Assembly (NCBI RefSeq): GCF_030684315.1
Contig: NC_081373.1
Coordinates: forward strand, 51,136,864-51,200,863
Length of the DNA: 64,000 nt
From: Stegostoma tigrinum
Lineage: Eukaryota
Direction: 5' to 3'
Shown here: positions 1-13,154 of the stretch, one piece after another
Layout of the letters: each line of letters starts with the position of its first letter
Position numbering within the stretch: position 1 is the first letter of the stretch
Notes under the pieces: generated by a model
Seen by the model: the letters and a program-made list of their open reading frames with translations, nothing else
Database searches by the model: none
Told to the model about the DNA's origin: nothing
Made by a program: the position numbers and the translations under genes

Positions 1-1189
1 GTGATAATTACTCAAGTTTCTTACTTTCTAAGCTCTGTGCATTTCGTGTTTCCTACATTACAGTGACTGTGCCTCAAAAATAAAGCAATTAATTGCTGTA
101 AAGAGCTTAAGGATATCTGGAGTTTAAAGCTCTCTATAGGCACAAATCTGTCTTTCTCGAAACATAAAAATGTCATTTTAATTCTTAATGTTATAATTGC
201 TTTTCTGGTCTCTTTCAACTTCTGAGGTCCTGTGGATAGTTTCCTAACTGAGGTAACTCTATATGGTCACACATATCTGTGCTAACAAGCTTATAAAGAG
301 GTTGAGGTAGGTACTGTCATATATAGTGCAGTCATGTTGTTTATCTTAGCCAACACACAACTTGCATCTGGTCATATAGCACGATCACGGCTAGCAAGCT
401 CATTCAGCACAATGGTACAGAAACTAAGCTGAGTCGAGTCCTTTTTCGAACTTTAAAAGCTTTGATCACTTACTTGGTCCAATAAGTTTGCTTCCTCCTG
501 CACTGCCATCTTCCCCCAGCTAGGGCTGAAACCTACTGATCCGATTAATGAGTACTCGGATTAAGGAATTCACTATGGCATTACATCAGTTCTAAAAATA
601 GCAGCCCGGGTGCTGGAATTTAATATATTCCTGGTATTGCTGAAGGGCTACACAGAGCAGAATGATCAGTTTAGTTTCGGAAAACACTAAAAGGCCATAC
701 CTTTACTGTCCTTGTGATACTTGCATGTCACTTCCCGAACGTCCTACTGAGAGTACCATATTTGTAGAGTCCCATCACACAGTTTACATGCAAACGTGAT
801 AGGGACATACTAGAATAGCAGCAGCTGCTACTTCACAGTGTCCTCTGGGCCCCAGCTGATCCAGCGCCTGTTTTCTACAATGCAGAGTGCTCCTAGTCCA
901 AGTCAACAGCCTTCGCTAAAATCAAGTTGCCCGCAGTCATAAAATGTTGCCCGAAGCCAACTCTCAAAGCATTCAACATTCGCATATTCCCACCCACGCT
1001 CATTCTGTACAATCCCCACTGTCCTACTGCAAAGTGGAATACGACATAAGGAAGTAAAACTTCACGAGCTTGCATTTTGACCAAAGCAAAATGCCACTGA
1101 TGCTGCAAGTTTGAAATGCAAACGGGAAATGGCACATGAGCTCGGACAGGTCAGACAGCATCTCTGGGAAAGCGAAACAGAACAGCCTC

Positions 1190-1312
1190 AGAGATAGCGG
1201 GAACTGCCGATGCTGGAGAATCTGAGATAACAAGGTGTAGAGCTGGATGAACACAGCAGGCCAAGCAGCATCAGAGGAGCAGGGAGGCTGACGTTTCGGG
1301 TCTAGACCTTCA
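1190..1312 (-). mobile_element. PLE pseudo-LTR (pLTR) terminal fragment
   Basis: gaactgccgatgctggagaatctgagataacaagg...gctgacgtttcgggtctagacc, the reverse complement of the pLTR end joined to the PLE pieces at 24200-24299 and 29070. Confidence 0.8.
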
Positions 1313-1679
1313 GGCCTGTGATAGTACCTCATCTGTCAATGAGGCACTTAGCCTCCTGCACTCAACACTGAGTTCAATGAGGTCAGATTGTAACCTCTTG
1401 TTTCTCCTTTTCCTTACAGTCACACTCTCCTTTTTTGATCTGCTACTGAGACAAACTGCAAATAGCAAGAAAATTCTATTTGGTGTGCTCTGAGATGGCT
1501 CCTTGAATGACTGGCACTGTATCTCTATTGGTCTGCATTTTCACACCCTGGTATACCAGTTTAAGGTTTGCAATTCCTGCATTTATAGTTGCCATAGTTT
1601 GAATTTGAAGGAAAAATTTCAGACCCACTCCTCTCTCTCTGCTTCAAACTGAATGAGAGATCGGACCGTCTTGTGCTCC

Positions 1680-1695
1680 CTGCCACCTAGCGGTG
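1680..1695 (-). promoter_or_regulatory. Candidate CTCF motif
   Basis: Minus strand reads caCCGCTAGGTGGCAG, a close match to the CTCF core; motif match only. Confidence 0.35.
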
Positions 1696-1729
1696 TCTTC
1701 ACTGAGAAACCAATAATTAACCCTGTTTC

Positions 1730-2790
1730 AGAGACAACAAGGTGTAGAGCTGGATGAACACAGGAGGTCAAGCAGCATCTTAGGAGCAGGAAAGCTGATG
1801 TTTCGGGTCCGGACCCTTCTTTGGAAATGCCTATTTCTGAAGGGGGTAGGGAGTAAACGATAGGATAGGGCCTGAAAAGACAGAAAGACAGTTGGACAAA
1901 CAAAGGAGTTGCTAATGATCAGACTGGGAGGGTGAATAGTTGTTAATGAGGACTGTTAGTGACTAATAATAGGAGGTGTGTAATGGCAGGCTGTATGGTA
2001 ACAGGGCCTGGTGGGATAGGGGGCTGGGACATGGGAGAGTTTAGGCCCTAAAATTATTGAACTCAATATTGAGTCCGGAGGGCTGTAGAGTCCCCAAGCG
2101 GAACATGAGGTGTTGTTCCTCCAGCTTGCTTTGGGCTTCACTGGGACACTGCAGCAAGCCAGAAATGGATGTTGGCCAGGGAGCAGGGTGGTGCATTGAA
2201 GTGGCAGGCAACGGGTAGTTTAGGGTCTTTTTTGCGAGTAGAACGTAGATGTTCTGCAGAGCAGTCGCCAAGTCTACGCTTCGTTCCCCAATGTAGAGGA
2301 GACCACATTGTGAGCAGCGAATGCAGTAGACTAGATTCTGGAAAGTTCAGGTGAAGTGTTGCTTCAGCTGGAAGGTATGTTTGGGCCCTTGGATACTGGG
2401 GAGGGAGGAGGTAAATGGGCAGGTGTTGCACCTTTGCCGGTTACAGGGGAAGGTGCCGTAGGGCTGTGGGGATGTGTTGGGGGTGAAGGAAGTGTGGACC
2501 AGGGCGTCCCAGAGAGAACAGTCTTGCTGGAGGTGGCTGAAATGGCATCTGATGACCTTCTGGATACGGGTGGGATAGTAGGTCAGAATAAGGGAAACCC
2601 TATCACTGTTGTGGGAGGGAAGAGAAGGGGTGAGGGCAGAAGTGCGGGAGATGGGTTAGACCTGGCTGAGGGCCCTGTCAACAACGGAGCTCGGGAATCC
2701 TCGGTTGAGGAAGGAGGTGGATATTTCGGGGGCTCCCTTGTTAAAGTTAGCCTCATCAGAGCATATGGGATAGAGATGGAGAAACTGAGA
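1730..2790 (-). mobile_element. Decayed PLE 3' part (GIY-YIG endonuclease remnant plus pLTR)
   Basis: Frameshifted minus-strand peptides TKRRLGDCSAEHLRS, LPVACHFN, EEQHLMFRLGTLQPSGLNIEFNNF; homologous to 29444-29794. Confidence 0.85.
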
Positions 2791-3059
2791 GAATGCCATG
2801 ACTGCACAGTTTTTAGTTCTACTTATACCTCTTTTATAATGAAGCAGTCTGTATCACTTTCAAGGCCTGGACAACATTTTGGCTTTGGTTGATATGTGGC
2901 AAATAATATTTAATAAACTCCAGGCAATTACCGTCTCCAATAAGAAAAATAATCTAAACATATCTCTCAAATGACATCACCAAACACTCCCACAGCCACC
3001 CAAACAATACATCCTCGCACCCTACTTCCTGTAAAGACACCATTCCATTCTCTTAGTAT

Positions 3060-3310
3060 TGCATTTGCACTGCACCTTTGAATGTGACCAAATGTCCCCA
3101 GCAGCTTCCCAGAAGTGGAATTTGACACTGGAGCACACAGTGGTCATTCTGACAGGTAGTCACAAGCTTAATCAGAGAGCTTTCCAAGTGTCCTAAAGGG
3201 AAGATGACGAGAGACGGAGCAATTTCAGGAGAAAATTCCAGATTTTAGCGCTCAGATAGCTGAACTCAAGCCACCACTGGTGAGGTGACAGAAAACAGAC
3301 AGGCACAAGG
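3060..3310 (-). mobile_element. Old L2-type LINE 3' end
   Basis: Decayed tail (ttgcattt...gcacctttga...; ggtagtcacaagc), similar to the tail at 21170-21350. Confidence 0.5.
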
Positions 3311-4104
3311 GACCAAAGTTGATAGGAAACTACTTCAGTGAATTGGTTAAGGATCTTGTGCTAATGAACAGGAATCATTGAAGGTGCGCTATTCTCTTCT
3401 CTACAAGCTGACCAATTTGAGAGTAGGTTAGAGATGGTGAAGTACAAAAAAAACTGCTGGTGACACAGTGGCACACTGCTGGGAGCGCTGAGGGGAGTCC
3501 CCACTGCCGGGAGAACCAAGGGTTTAAAACCGTATCACCAAGGCGCAAATGCATTAGCCAGGCTGGGTTACCAATCCAGTGATATCCAGCCAATGATGTC
3601 ATTCATGCTCGTGGGATCTTACTGTGTGCCACATTACCTGCAGAGCAACGGTGTCCGAAATTTCCAAGTAATTCAGAGACTGTGAAGCATTTTGGGGATT
3701 TCCTAAGAACGTGAAGAGCAAATTTTCTTTTCCCCTCTCCCTCTGAAGAGGGCCGTGCAGTCCAGCGGCCTGTCATGGAACTGATAAAATTCACCGAGCT
3801 GAATAACTGTGAACCATTGGATCTTCTGGGAGTCCAGCTCAAATGTCATTACGTTTTTGGGTCACCTGGACCAGGATTCTTTCTAAGGACATGATGAACA
3901 ATCAAACAAAAGTCCTGCCACAGTCTCCACCTCAAACACAGCTCATGTCCTCAAGACAACCTGAGTACCATCAGTAAAATGACATTGATGCTCAGACATG
4001 ATCGCACAAGTTTCTTGAAGCATTAGTGCTTGTAGTAAAAGCCTACAGGAACCTTCTGAACAGAGGCAGGAATCAGTAATACGGTCTCCAACAAAATAAA
4101 AGGA

Positions 4105-4660
4105 TTGGCTGGGGTCTTTTTCATTGGAGCGTAGGAGGTTGAGAGGTGACCTTATAAAATCGTGAGGTACAGATAGAGATAATGGTTGGTGTCTTTACCC
4201 TAAGATGGGGCACTTTTTAAGGTGATAGGATAGAGATCTAAAAAAGACACAGGGGTGAACCTTTTTACGCAGAGGGTGGTTCGCATGCAAAATGAACTGC
4301 CTGAGGAAGTTGCCTGACGGATGCAGGCACATTTGTAACATTTAAAAGATACTTGGATAAGTACATGAACAGGAAGGGTTCGGAGGGATAATGGTCCCGG
4401 TGCAGGCAGATGAGACCAGTTCAGAGTGGGTTCGGAGTTCAGTTCTGAGGAAGGGCCATCAGACCCGAAATGTTAAGTCTGATTTTTTTTTCTTCACAGA
4501 CGCTGCCAGACCTGCTGAGCTTTTCCAGCAACTTCTGTTTTGGTTCCTGATTTACAGCATCCGCAGTTCTTTCAGTTTTTAGTTTAGTTTGGGATTATGA
4601 TCAGCATGGACTGGTAGGACCAAGAGGTCTGTTTCTGTGCTGTGTGACTCGATGACTGAA
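4105..4660 (+). mobile_element. CR1/HER1 LINE 3' end with a nested PLE pLTR (~4421-4579)
   Basis: Codes for LGSFSLERRRLRGDL-type residues; 3' UTR ends gtctgtttctgtgctgtgtgactcgatgact and is interrupted by a pLTR piece. Confidence 0.85.
4441..4478 (+). ncRNA. PLE hammerhead motif (decayed)
   Basis: agtt CTGAGGA a gggcc atca gaccc GAAA tgtt aagt. Confidence 0.55.
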
Positions 4661-4829
4661 TTTATCAAATGACCTGAACGCAAAAAAGCTAATGGTCATG
4701 GTTTCAGTCTTTTAGCTTTTATTTTAACCATCAAACCAAAAACAACATCAATGAAACCTCAACTAATGGGAAGCCAATATTAACTACAAATCACACTTTA
4801 AATAGCAGTGGAACAGAGATGGAACTCTC

Positions 4830-4952
4830 TGAAGGGTTTAGGCCCGCACTGTCAGCTTTTGTGCTCCTAAGATGCTGCTTGACCTGCTGTGTTCATCCAG
4901 CTTCACACTTTGTTATCTCGAATTCTCCAGCATCCGCAGTTCCCATTCTCTC
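4830..4952 (+). mobile_element. PLE pLTR fragment
   Basis: tgaagggtttaggcccg...gtcagcttttgtgctcctaagatgc; flanked by tggaactctc / tggatctctc (possible TSD). Confidence 0.75.
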
Positions 4953-5869
4953 TGGATCTCTCAGATTTCTTAAGTCGCCCGCTCAGGAGGTTTGACAACA
5001 AGCTTATCCCCTAACAGCGGTATCCCTCAGGTAAGGTTACAGGCTCCTTGACGCAAGGCTTTAGCCATTCAGTCCTATCTGACAGCACCTTCACCTGATG
5101 CAAACTCCAGGGGTATAACTTCCACCAAAAAGGCACACTTTTGCAGAACCCTCTCAGCTTTGCTCACAGCTTTAACCTTTTGTGCCTTCTTCAGCAAACA
5201 GGCCATGGTTACCCTCTCCTTGCTGTCTGCCACCATTCAGGGGCACTGCCAACATCATCTCTGGCCTCTGGTTTTAACCGTCTCCTATTTCCCCGAGTTG
5301 GGGATACTGATGTCTATAAGGAATTTCTTTCAGATGAAGCATCGAGACACTGAAAGTAGTCTGCCCTAGCTTCAGTTAAAATTTTGATGATAAACAGAGT
5401 ATACATTTTTTTAAAACTTTAAAGCAAAAGTATGCGGTGTAGCTGATATATTGGAAAGAAGGATCAATCTTTCATTGGTGAACAACACAGAGAAAAAGTC
5501 CACATAACTTTTAACCCGTGAGTGGGTGTGCCTTTGAGGCAATTGATTATTCCATGTGGTTAGATGACCACTAATTATTTGCATTTAAGCCATCATGGTT
5601 CTGAAAGAGGCTAGCATTCAGTTTGAAACATGACAGATATGGAAATATAAAACAGCAATGTTGTCTGCCACGATGAGTAAAATAACAGATTGAGGGTAAA
5701 GCTTCGAGAGGAGATACTGAAGGCTATGTTCCATCAAAATATTGAACACTGCAAACCGTGGGAGCTGCAAAATTGAAACTCTGACGACAGGGATCAGCAA
5801 AGTACAACCAACCCAAGCGAAGGGACTATACTCACAACTCTCTTCTCCGCTCTAGGGTGCTTTTCTTAA

Positions 5870-6427
5870 TGACACAATCCAGGACAAAGCAACCTTGGCA
5901 TCACATTCTACCAACATTCAGCGCCTCCAGCACTGGTGCTCAGCAGCAGTGGTGTGTACAATCTGCAAGATGTGCTGCAGAATATCATCAAAGCTCCTTG
6001 GGCCAGCACCTTCCAAACCGACAACTACATCCACTTCGCAGGTCGAGAGCAACAAAATACACAGCAACACCACCGTCCCCAAGCTACTCGCCTCCTGACT
6101 TGGAAATATTTTGCCATTCCTTCACTGTCGCTCGGTCAAAATCTTGGAATTCCCTCAGTAAGGGCATTGTGGGTCAACCAACAGCACATGGGCAGCAGCA
6201 TTTCAAGGAAGCAGCTCACCACCACGTTCTCAAGGGGCAATTATGTCATAGAATCGCTACAGTTGTCGGAACAGGCCCTTCAGCCCAAAAAGTCCACACC
6301 GAGCCCCGGAGCACTCACCCAGGCCCATCCCCCTAATCCACACATCCCTGGACACAATGGGGCAATTTAGCATGGCCAATCCACCTAGCCTGCACATCTT
6401 TTGGGGTCAGCAATAAATGCTGGCCTA
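5870..6427 (+). mobile_element. 3' end of a second non-LTR family (CR1/L2 group) with a nested HE1-type SINE fragment (~6247-6400, minus)
   Basis: IQDKA...SAAVVCTICKMC peptide also found at 9934-10110 and 61330-61450; tail gggcaatt...gcaataaatgctggccta is split by the SINE piece. Confidence 0.7.
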
Positions 6428-9400
6428 AGAAAAGCAACTTCCTACAACCCACGTGCCTCATGTGCTAAAACATCGAACTGCGTTTTCTTTTCCCATGCTT
6501 CAAACGTTGTCAAAATGCCCAGTTGATATAGGATTCCAATTCCTGGAAGTTGAGACCACCTGTGAGATCATTGCTGAAATTGGTTGCAGTTCACACGCTG
6601 ATGCCAAACGAGACCAGGGGCGAAAGCAGCAGCAGCAGCAGGAAGAGAGCCGAAGGGAGACTAGGGCCCTGCCGCTGCGCAGCAATGTGGAAAGGTGTAG
6701 TGTACAGTGCCCAGCAATTAACAAGCTCCGGGATGACATCTCAGAATTACAGACCATTGGCTGCATTTCCTCAAGAGTGCTGCAGGTGGGGGCGGGGTAA
6801 CAACCTGCTGTTCGTAATATTGGACTTGCTCAGAAGGATACATTGAGCAGCCGGGTGCCATGCCACGGAACCCAAATTAGGTGCCAGTCACATGATGTTC
6901 TCTCTTGGCAGCATGAGCCAGCTCCTCCTGCTCCAGTGAATGGAGGAACTTGCATTTAGATAAGCAAGCTGGCTACTTTGTCCTGGATGGTGTGAAGCTC
7001 CTTTGAGTGTTGTTGGGTGTGCACCCATCCAGGCTAGTGGGGAGTATTCCATCACAGTGCTGACCCATGCTTTGTAAGTGGTGGATAGGTTTTGGGGAGA
7101 GCATCAGGGATGTCCCAGTTGGCAAGGTCCATCAAGGACTCATAGTGGCGAGGGCATCGATGGAGGCGAGGTGGGAACTTGTGTTCCAGAGGTGGCAACA
7201 GGAGCTCATGCTTGGCCAGCAAACCCATGATGGGCACATAACAAGAACAGCTGTAAGGCTGGACTCTTTATTTCATAATTTTCTGCCTTTGTATTTCATT
7301 GTTTTGTTCATTTTTCTGTGTTTTAAGATGGCAGTGGAGAGTAGCCACACTTTACAACACTTTTTTTTACTGAACTTTGGCACAAGACAATAAATAAATC
7401 AAATCAAACGAATCAGAATTCCCAACCTCTGGCCTGCTCTTGTATAGCACTTCCTCTGGGCAAGGTGATGTCTGAAAGAACTGAACACTGGCTTTAATAT
7501 CGATTCCTATGGGAATCCAACTTGGAAGCTGTGATATTCAGGAGCGTAACCACAACTTAACATTTATTCTAACTGGCAGGCCACTGCCTGCAGTTATCTA
7601 GGGCTAGAGAGCAGAAAGATTTTCAGTTACCCATTGGCGCTGGGGCATCCAGAAATAATTTTGAATTTTCACTTGGCTTTTGGAGCGAGATGTCTAAGAG
7701 TGGGGCGGATAATGGAAGGGGAAGAGCTAGGGATGCCACAAGAGGACAGAGCGAGGAGCTGGTCAAGCAACGTTTGGAAGGTGGGGAAGGTTTGTGATTT
7801 AACGGGCACTGGGATCCACTCAGGTGGATCACTGCAAGGAATCCAGTTTAGTGCCTCTTGAAACTCACTCCAAATGGCTGTCTGACATCAAGACGTTGTC
7901 ATAACAACTGGCATTTATGGACCATGTGGCCCGCACCAGACAGCTCTCAATTCCTGCACTAAAAGCCCAGCAGGCTACTTACCATCAATGTGTGTTTGTA
8001 GTGAGCATTCTGCGTAGGCAAAGGTTCCTAAGGCATAATAGTACCTATTTCTCATTGTATTCTAAATGATGCTAGCTCCTCACACAGCGCATCATTATGT
8101 AACACGGTTATTTTCCAGCTTCCACATTAGTTAAGGAGACTTGGTGTTTTCTGACTAACTGATTGCTCTGTGTTGCAGGCACCACGCTCAGGGAAGTGGA
8201 TTCCCACATGTGCCAGGCACAAAGCACTGCAGCGATGTTACATCACATCATCACACTGCTGTGAAACCAGCTCGCCCTCATTCCAACACAGCTTCACGTA
8301 TTGCACGCTGGAATCAATCACTGTGTTACTCTACTCTTAAGCCTGCACTGCATTACTCATTGATAGAGCCTGGCAGGAGATCAGGGACAAGGCACAGGAC
8401 ACACTCTCAACCTCCCCCCCAACTCAACCCACGCCCTGGAAGGAAAGTCAGTGCCAACTGATGCGCCTTGGCATCAATGTACTGAATTAAAGGAAAACCA
8501 TTGTAGATGCAGAGCACAGTAGCGCTACTCTTTCATGAGAAAGACAGAATCAGAGAGTGAGTGATGACATGTAGTGAGTTGTGGGTCACCACACTTCAGG
8601 CAAGGTCCAACAGATAACTCCTCATGATGGTGACCTTCAGGGAATTGAACCGACGCTTGTTAGCATCAAAAACCAGCCACCCAGCCAACTGAGCTAAACA
8701 GAGCCCTGCGGGCTGGAGTATCAGAGAATCGGATTTCTAGCCCTCTCTCAGAAGGATACCCCAGGACCTGGGGGGAAGAGTGTGAGCGCACAGCGTCGCA
8801 GCTCAGTTAGTGGGGACAGCTGGAACTGCAGGCAGGCCCACAAGGTGGCACCCCTGAGTGAGGGGTTATTTGGGGCAGAGCATTCTCCCGCCTTACGGAT
8901 AGGGATATCAGGACCAACCCACCCTTTGTATTCGGGGCTGAGGGGCAGCAGTAGGGTGTGGCGGGGGGCACCTGCCCTGCACAGACCTCATTGCTCACCA
9001 ACTGGACACATCTCATCCAGCCCAGAGAGAGTCCCGAACACTCACAGAGAGAGAACAGATAAGACAGAAAACCCTGAGGCAGATTAGCCATGATCTTACA
9101 TAAAAGCAAAATTCTGCAGATACGGGAAACCTGAAACAAACACAGCAAGTACTGGAGAAACCTGGCAGCATGTGCGGAGGGTGAAGCTGCGTTAATGTTT
9201 TGAGACTGGCAGGGCTTCTTCAGAAATGTTGGTTCACAGCCACGATCTTGAGAAATGGCTGGCACAGGCTGAAAGGGCTGAATGGCCAACTGTTTCCCAT
9301 GCTCCTTATGTTCTGATAAAGGCAGGGAGGTACAGAGAAACAGGGTGCCCGCCATCTTTGATATTTTACTGCAGTCCCCCGTGTTTAGGTAATCTTGCTC

Positions 9401-9514
9401 CTGACCATTTCGCTGTGAGGTGTTAGTACTATCCAAAAACAGGACAGAAACTGGCTGAACCAAATGCTCTATTTCCAAACAGTATATCTCTATGTCTCTC
9501 ATGTTTCCTTCACC

Positions 9515-10115
9515 CACAGGTTGTAAGCATGGCTGACTGGGCCAGTACTCATTGTCCATCAGAGTTCTTAAAAAGACTCAGGCCAACTCAAAACGTGAAC
9601 TCAGTTTCTCTCTCAACAGAAACTGACAGACTTGCTGAGTTTCTCCAGCATTGTCTGTGCTTGTTTCAGATTTCCAGTAGCCTCACTATGTTGCATTTAT
9701 CGCCTGTCCCTAGTTGGCCTCCAGAAGGTGGTGGTGAGCTGCCTTCTTAAACTGCTGGAGCCCATGTGCTGTAGGTAGGTCCACAATGCCCTCAGGGAGG
9801 GAATTCCACCATTTTGACCCAGTGACAGTGAAGGAACGGCAATATATTTCCAAGTCAAGGAGGGGAAATTGTAGGTGATGGTGTTCCAATGTAGCTGCTG
9901 CCCTTGTCCCTCTAGTTGGAAGTGGTCATGAGTTTAGAAGGTGCTGTCTGAGGACCTTTGGTGAATCCTGCATTGCATCTTGTAGATGGTACACATTGCT
10001 ACTACTGAACATTGCTGTTGGACGGCGCGGATGTTTAGGGATGTGGTGCCAATCAAGGGGGCTGCTTTGTCTTGGATAGTGTCAAGCATCTTAAGTGTTG
10101 TGCGAGTTGCACTCA
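9515..10115 (-). mobile_element. Same non-LTR family, 3' end, with a nested PLE fragment
   Basis: Minus ORF TTLKMLDTIQDKAAPLIGTTSLNI...AMCTIYKMQC. Confidence 0.7.
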
Positions 10116-10451
10116 ACTTGATTTGAAGATTACATTTGCACCTTAATTTCATTCTCCTGCCTTTTCTCTGTACTCCTCATAAACCTTATACAGTTTTGAA
10201 TTCTCCAGCTTCACCCAGCCTTTGAAGGGGAGACTGTCTGGGTTTTTACTACTCTTTACATGAAAAAGTGCTCTTTAGGTTCCCCCTCAGCTTAATTTCT
10301 CCAGCAGTTAAAAAATTTTCCCTCTACCAACCCTCCCAAACCCTTTTAATGTGCAAAACACCAGAGATTGAGCGGTGGCTCGCAGGGATGTCTTCCTATC
10401 GCATTACACAGGGCTGGAGATAATGGTGAAAGAGGGGAAAAAAGGACAGTG

Positions 10452-10745
10452 TAGAATCATAACAGTGTGGAAACAGGCCATTTGGCCCAACACAGCCACA
10501 CTGACCGACAGAGCATCCCACTCAGGCCCATCCCCTCTAGCCCACCTAAGCTACACATCCCCGGACACTACGGGCAATTCAGCATGGACAATCCACCCAC
10601 TTGTTTGGACTGTGGGAGGAAACCAGAGCACCCAGAGGAAACCCACACAGTCACAGGGAGAATGTGGAAACTCCACACAGACAGTGGAATTGAACTCAGG
10701 TCCCTAGCGCTGAGAGGCAGCAGTGCTAACCACTGAGTGACCGTC
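10452..10745 (-). mobile_element. HE1-type V-SINE
   Basis: Reverse complement of the tRNA-like head (ctcagtggttagcactgctgcctc) and V-domain (gggtttcctctgggtgctctggtttcctcccacagtccaaa). Confidence 0.85.
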
Positions 10746-11247
10746 CCACAGTTTTCTGATAACCACAAGCAAGTTCGAAGAAACGAACATGTAATGATAC
10801 GACTGGATGGTGTAATCACATCCACTAGTTTGAGTATGATTAGATAGAGATACGGATGACCTTCCGATTTGAAACTTCTTATCTGCAGAAACAGTATAAA
10901 ACCATTCCTTTTGCTGTCACTTGCAAGGTGCATGCCACAGTAGATGTGAACTCCTCCCTTGCATCCATACTTAAATAAAGAAATTCAAGTCTCATCTGGT
11001 TTGGAAGAGGGGTTAAAGGATTAAAATCACCATTTCAGTGAGAACACTGTGTGTCCCCAGAGCACAGGAGGCAAGATGTCAGCTGTAGTTGAGGCCTTTT
11101 GCCTCATGGTCATGAAGGTCCTGAGTTCAAGTCTCAATCCAGAGGCCTGAGCATGTCACCTGTGCTGGTTATTCAGTGAAAGAACAAGGGCCATCTTCCA
11201 TTACCCTCTTGGCTTATCACGTTATAGAACTCACCTCCTAGTGTTTC

Positions 11248-11945
11248 AGAGTCATGCAACATGGAAACAGACCAGTCCATGGTCCCCGTCCCCAAACTGA
11301 ACTAGCCCCACCTGCCTGCATTTGGCCCATATCCCTTCAAACTACCCAGGCACTTAACAAAAAATGTTGTAACTGTACCTATATCCTCTATTTCCTCTGT
11401 AAGTTCATTGCACACACAAACCACTCCCTGTGTGAAAAAAAGTTGCACCTCATGTCTTTTTAAAATGTTTCTCCTCTCACCTTAAAATATGCCCCGCCCT
11501 AGTCTTCAACTCTCCCACCCTAGGGTTGTGAATCTGTGGAATTCCCTGCCCAGTGAAGCTACCTCACTGAATGTTTTTAAGGCAAGGCCAGGTAAATTTT
11601 TGAACAGTAAAGGAATTAAGGGTTATGGTGAGTAGGCGGGTAAGTGGAGCTGAGTCTCAAAAAGATCAGCCATGATCTTACTAAATGGCAGGGCAGGCTC
11701 AAGGGGCCGGATGACCTACTCCTGCTCCTAGTTCTTATTCAACTTATCAATGCCCCTCATGATTTTATAAATCTCTATAAGGTCACCCCTCAAACTCCTA
11801 CGCTCTAGTGAGAAAAGTCCCAGTCTTTCCAGCCAATTTTTATAACTCAAACACTCCATTCCCGGCAACATCCCTTTTCTGATCCCTCTCTGGTTTAATA
11901 ATATCCTTACTATAAGCAGGGAGACCAAAAATGCACACAGCATTG
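11248..11945 (-). mobile_element. CR1 3' part with a plus-strand CR1 3' end nested at ~11525-11737
   Basis: Minus ORF LERLGLFSLERRSLRGDLIEIYKIMRGID; the inner piece has an opposite-strand CR1 3' UTR. Confidence 0.85.
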
Positions 11946-12207
11946 ATCTTTTTTGTCTTCAACGCATAAAAAATATCAATGCAGAAGGAAAACAACATCG
12001 ATACTGTGTGCAAGGACAGTGCCAGCTGGTTAGCAGGTGGACAACGATTGATAAAGGTTACGGAGAATGTGCCAGCTAAATGACGACTGTCAGTTAACTG
12101 CCAAACTTTGTTTAAGTTTTTAGCTAGGCAAGTTGACCCTAATTGGTCAAGGCATTAGCAAAATTAGTGCGAGCCATTCAGGGTGAAGTTGAAACAGGTA
12201 TTCTTAA

Positions 12208-12348
12208 TTACTGAGGAAGGGTCACCAGACCCGAAACATTAACTCTGTTTTTTTTCCCCCTTTGTAGATGTTGCCAGACCTGCTGAGCTTTTCCAGCAAT
12301 GTCTGTTTTTATTCCTGATTTACAGCATCTGCAGTTTTTTCAGGTTTT
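12208..12348 (+). mobile_element. PLE pLTR fragment beginning at a hammerhead motif
   Basis: CTGAGGA a gggtc acca gaccc GAAA catt aact, followed by the pLTR tail. Confidence 0.75.
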
Positions 12349-12734
12349 GTGTTGTTACGTGCTTTTTTGTTGCCTGCAAAGAAGAGGGCCCTATGTATTA
12401 TTGCGCACAAAATGCATCACACTATGAGCCCGACTAACAAAACTGTGTTGTACATAGCTTCAACAAAATTTTTTTTCAGAAATACTCAAAATTTCAGTAT
12501 TATTGTGAGGGCTGTCCCTAGTTCTTCAGTCATGAGATAGTCATGTCTTTGATGAGTTGAGCCAACACTGAGAATCGATGTACAGCAAACTTTTTTTTAT
12601 TAACTGGCTCCTGTGGGATTAGGAGTGTGCTGGTTGATCAAATATTCCAGACAATCGAGAGGAAACACAACCAAGCAAAGCATCAAGACATCAATGTTAC
12701 CACCTCAATATCCCGAAAATACCTGTGCAAAAAC

Positions 12735-12935
12735 GTCATGATGTGAAGGTACCGGGTCGGACTGGGGTGGACAAGGTCAGAAGTCACACGACACCAGTTA
12801 TAGTCCAACAGGTTTATTTGAAATCACAAGCTTTCACAGCCTCGCTCCTTCACCCGAAGGAGTGAGGCTTCAAAAAGTTGTTTTCTCAAATAATTGTTGG
12901 ATTATAACTTGGCGTCATATGATTTCTGACTTTGT
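12735..12935. mobile_element. Palindromic element from another PLE-like family
   Basis: Arm gtcagaagtcacacgacaccagttatagtccaaca...gctccttc is inverted against gaaggagtgag...tgttggattataacttggcgtcatatgatttctgac. Confidence 0.65.
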
Positions 12936-13154
12936 AAAAACATCAACACATCTCCTAAAATCAATGTAAAAATACACAGTAGGTAATAGAATCACAATTC
13001 AGGGAATATTTACATCACTGTTACATGCTATTTACTGCATAGAGACTCAGGCATCACAGTATTTGAGGTATACAGTTTTTGCCGGTTTATCAAAAGTGTC
13101 TGTGATAAGGTGTTGGTTAAAACAAAGTTTGCTATATTTCAAAACCAGAAGGAG

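Noticed and set aside
6453-6846. Poly-Q / poly-C / poly-S ORFs
   Set aside because: They arise from a short (CAG)n tract in overlapping frames with no recognisable homology.
8807-9559. 250-aa ORF
   Set aside because: It runs across repeat fragments and has no recognisable domain or exon boundaries.
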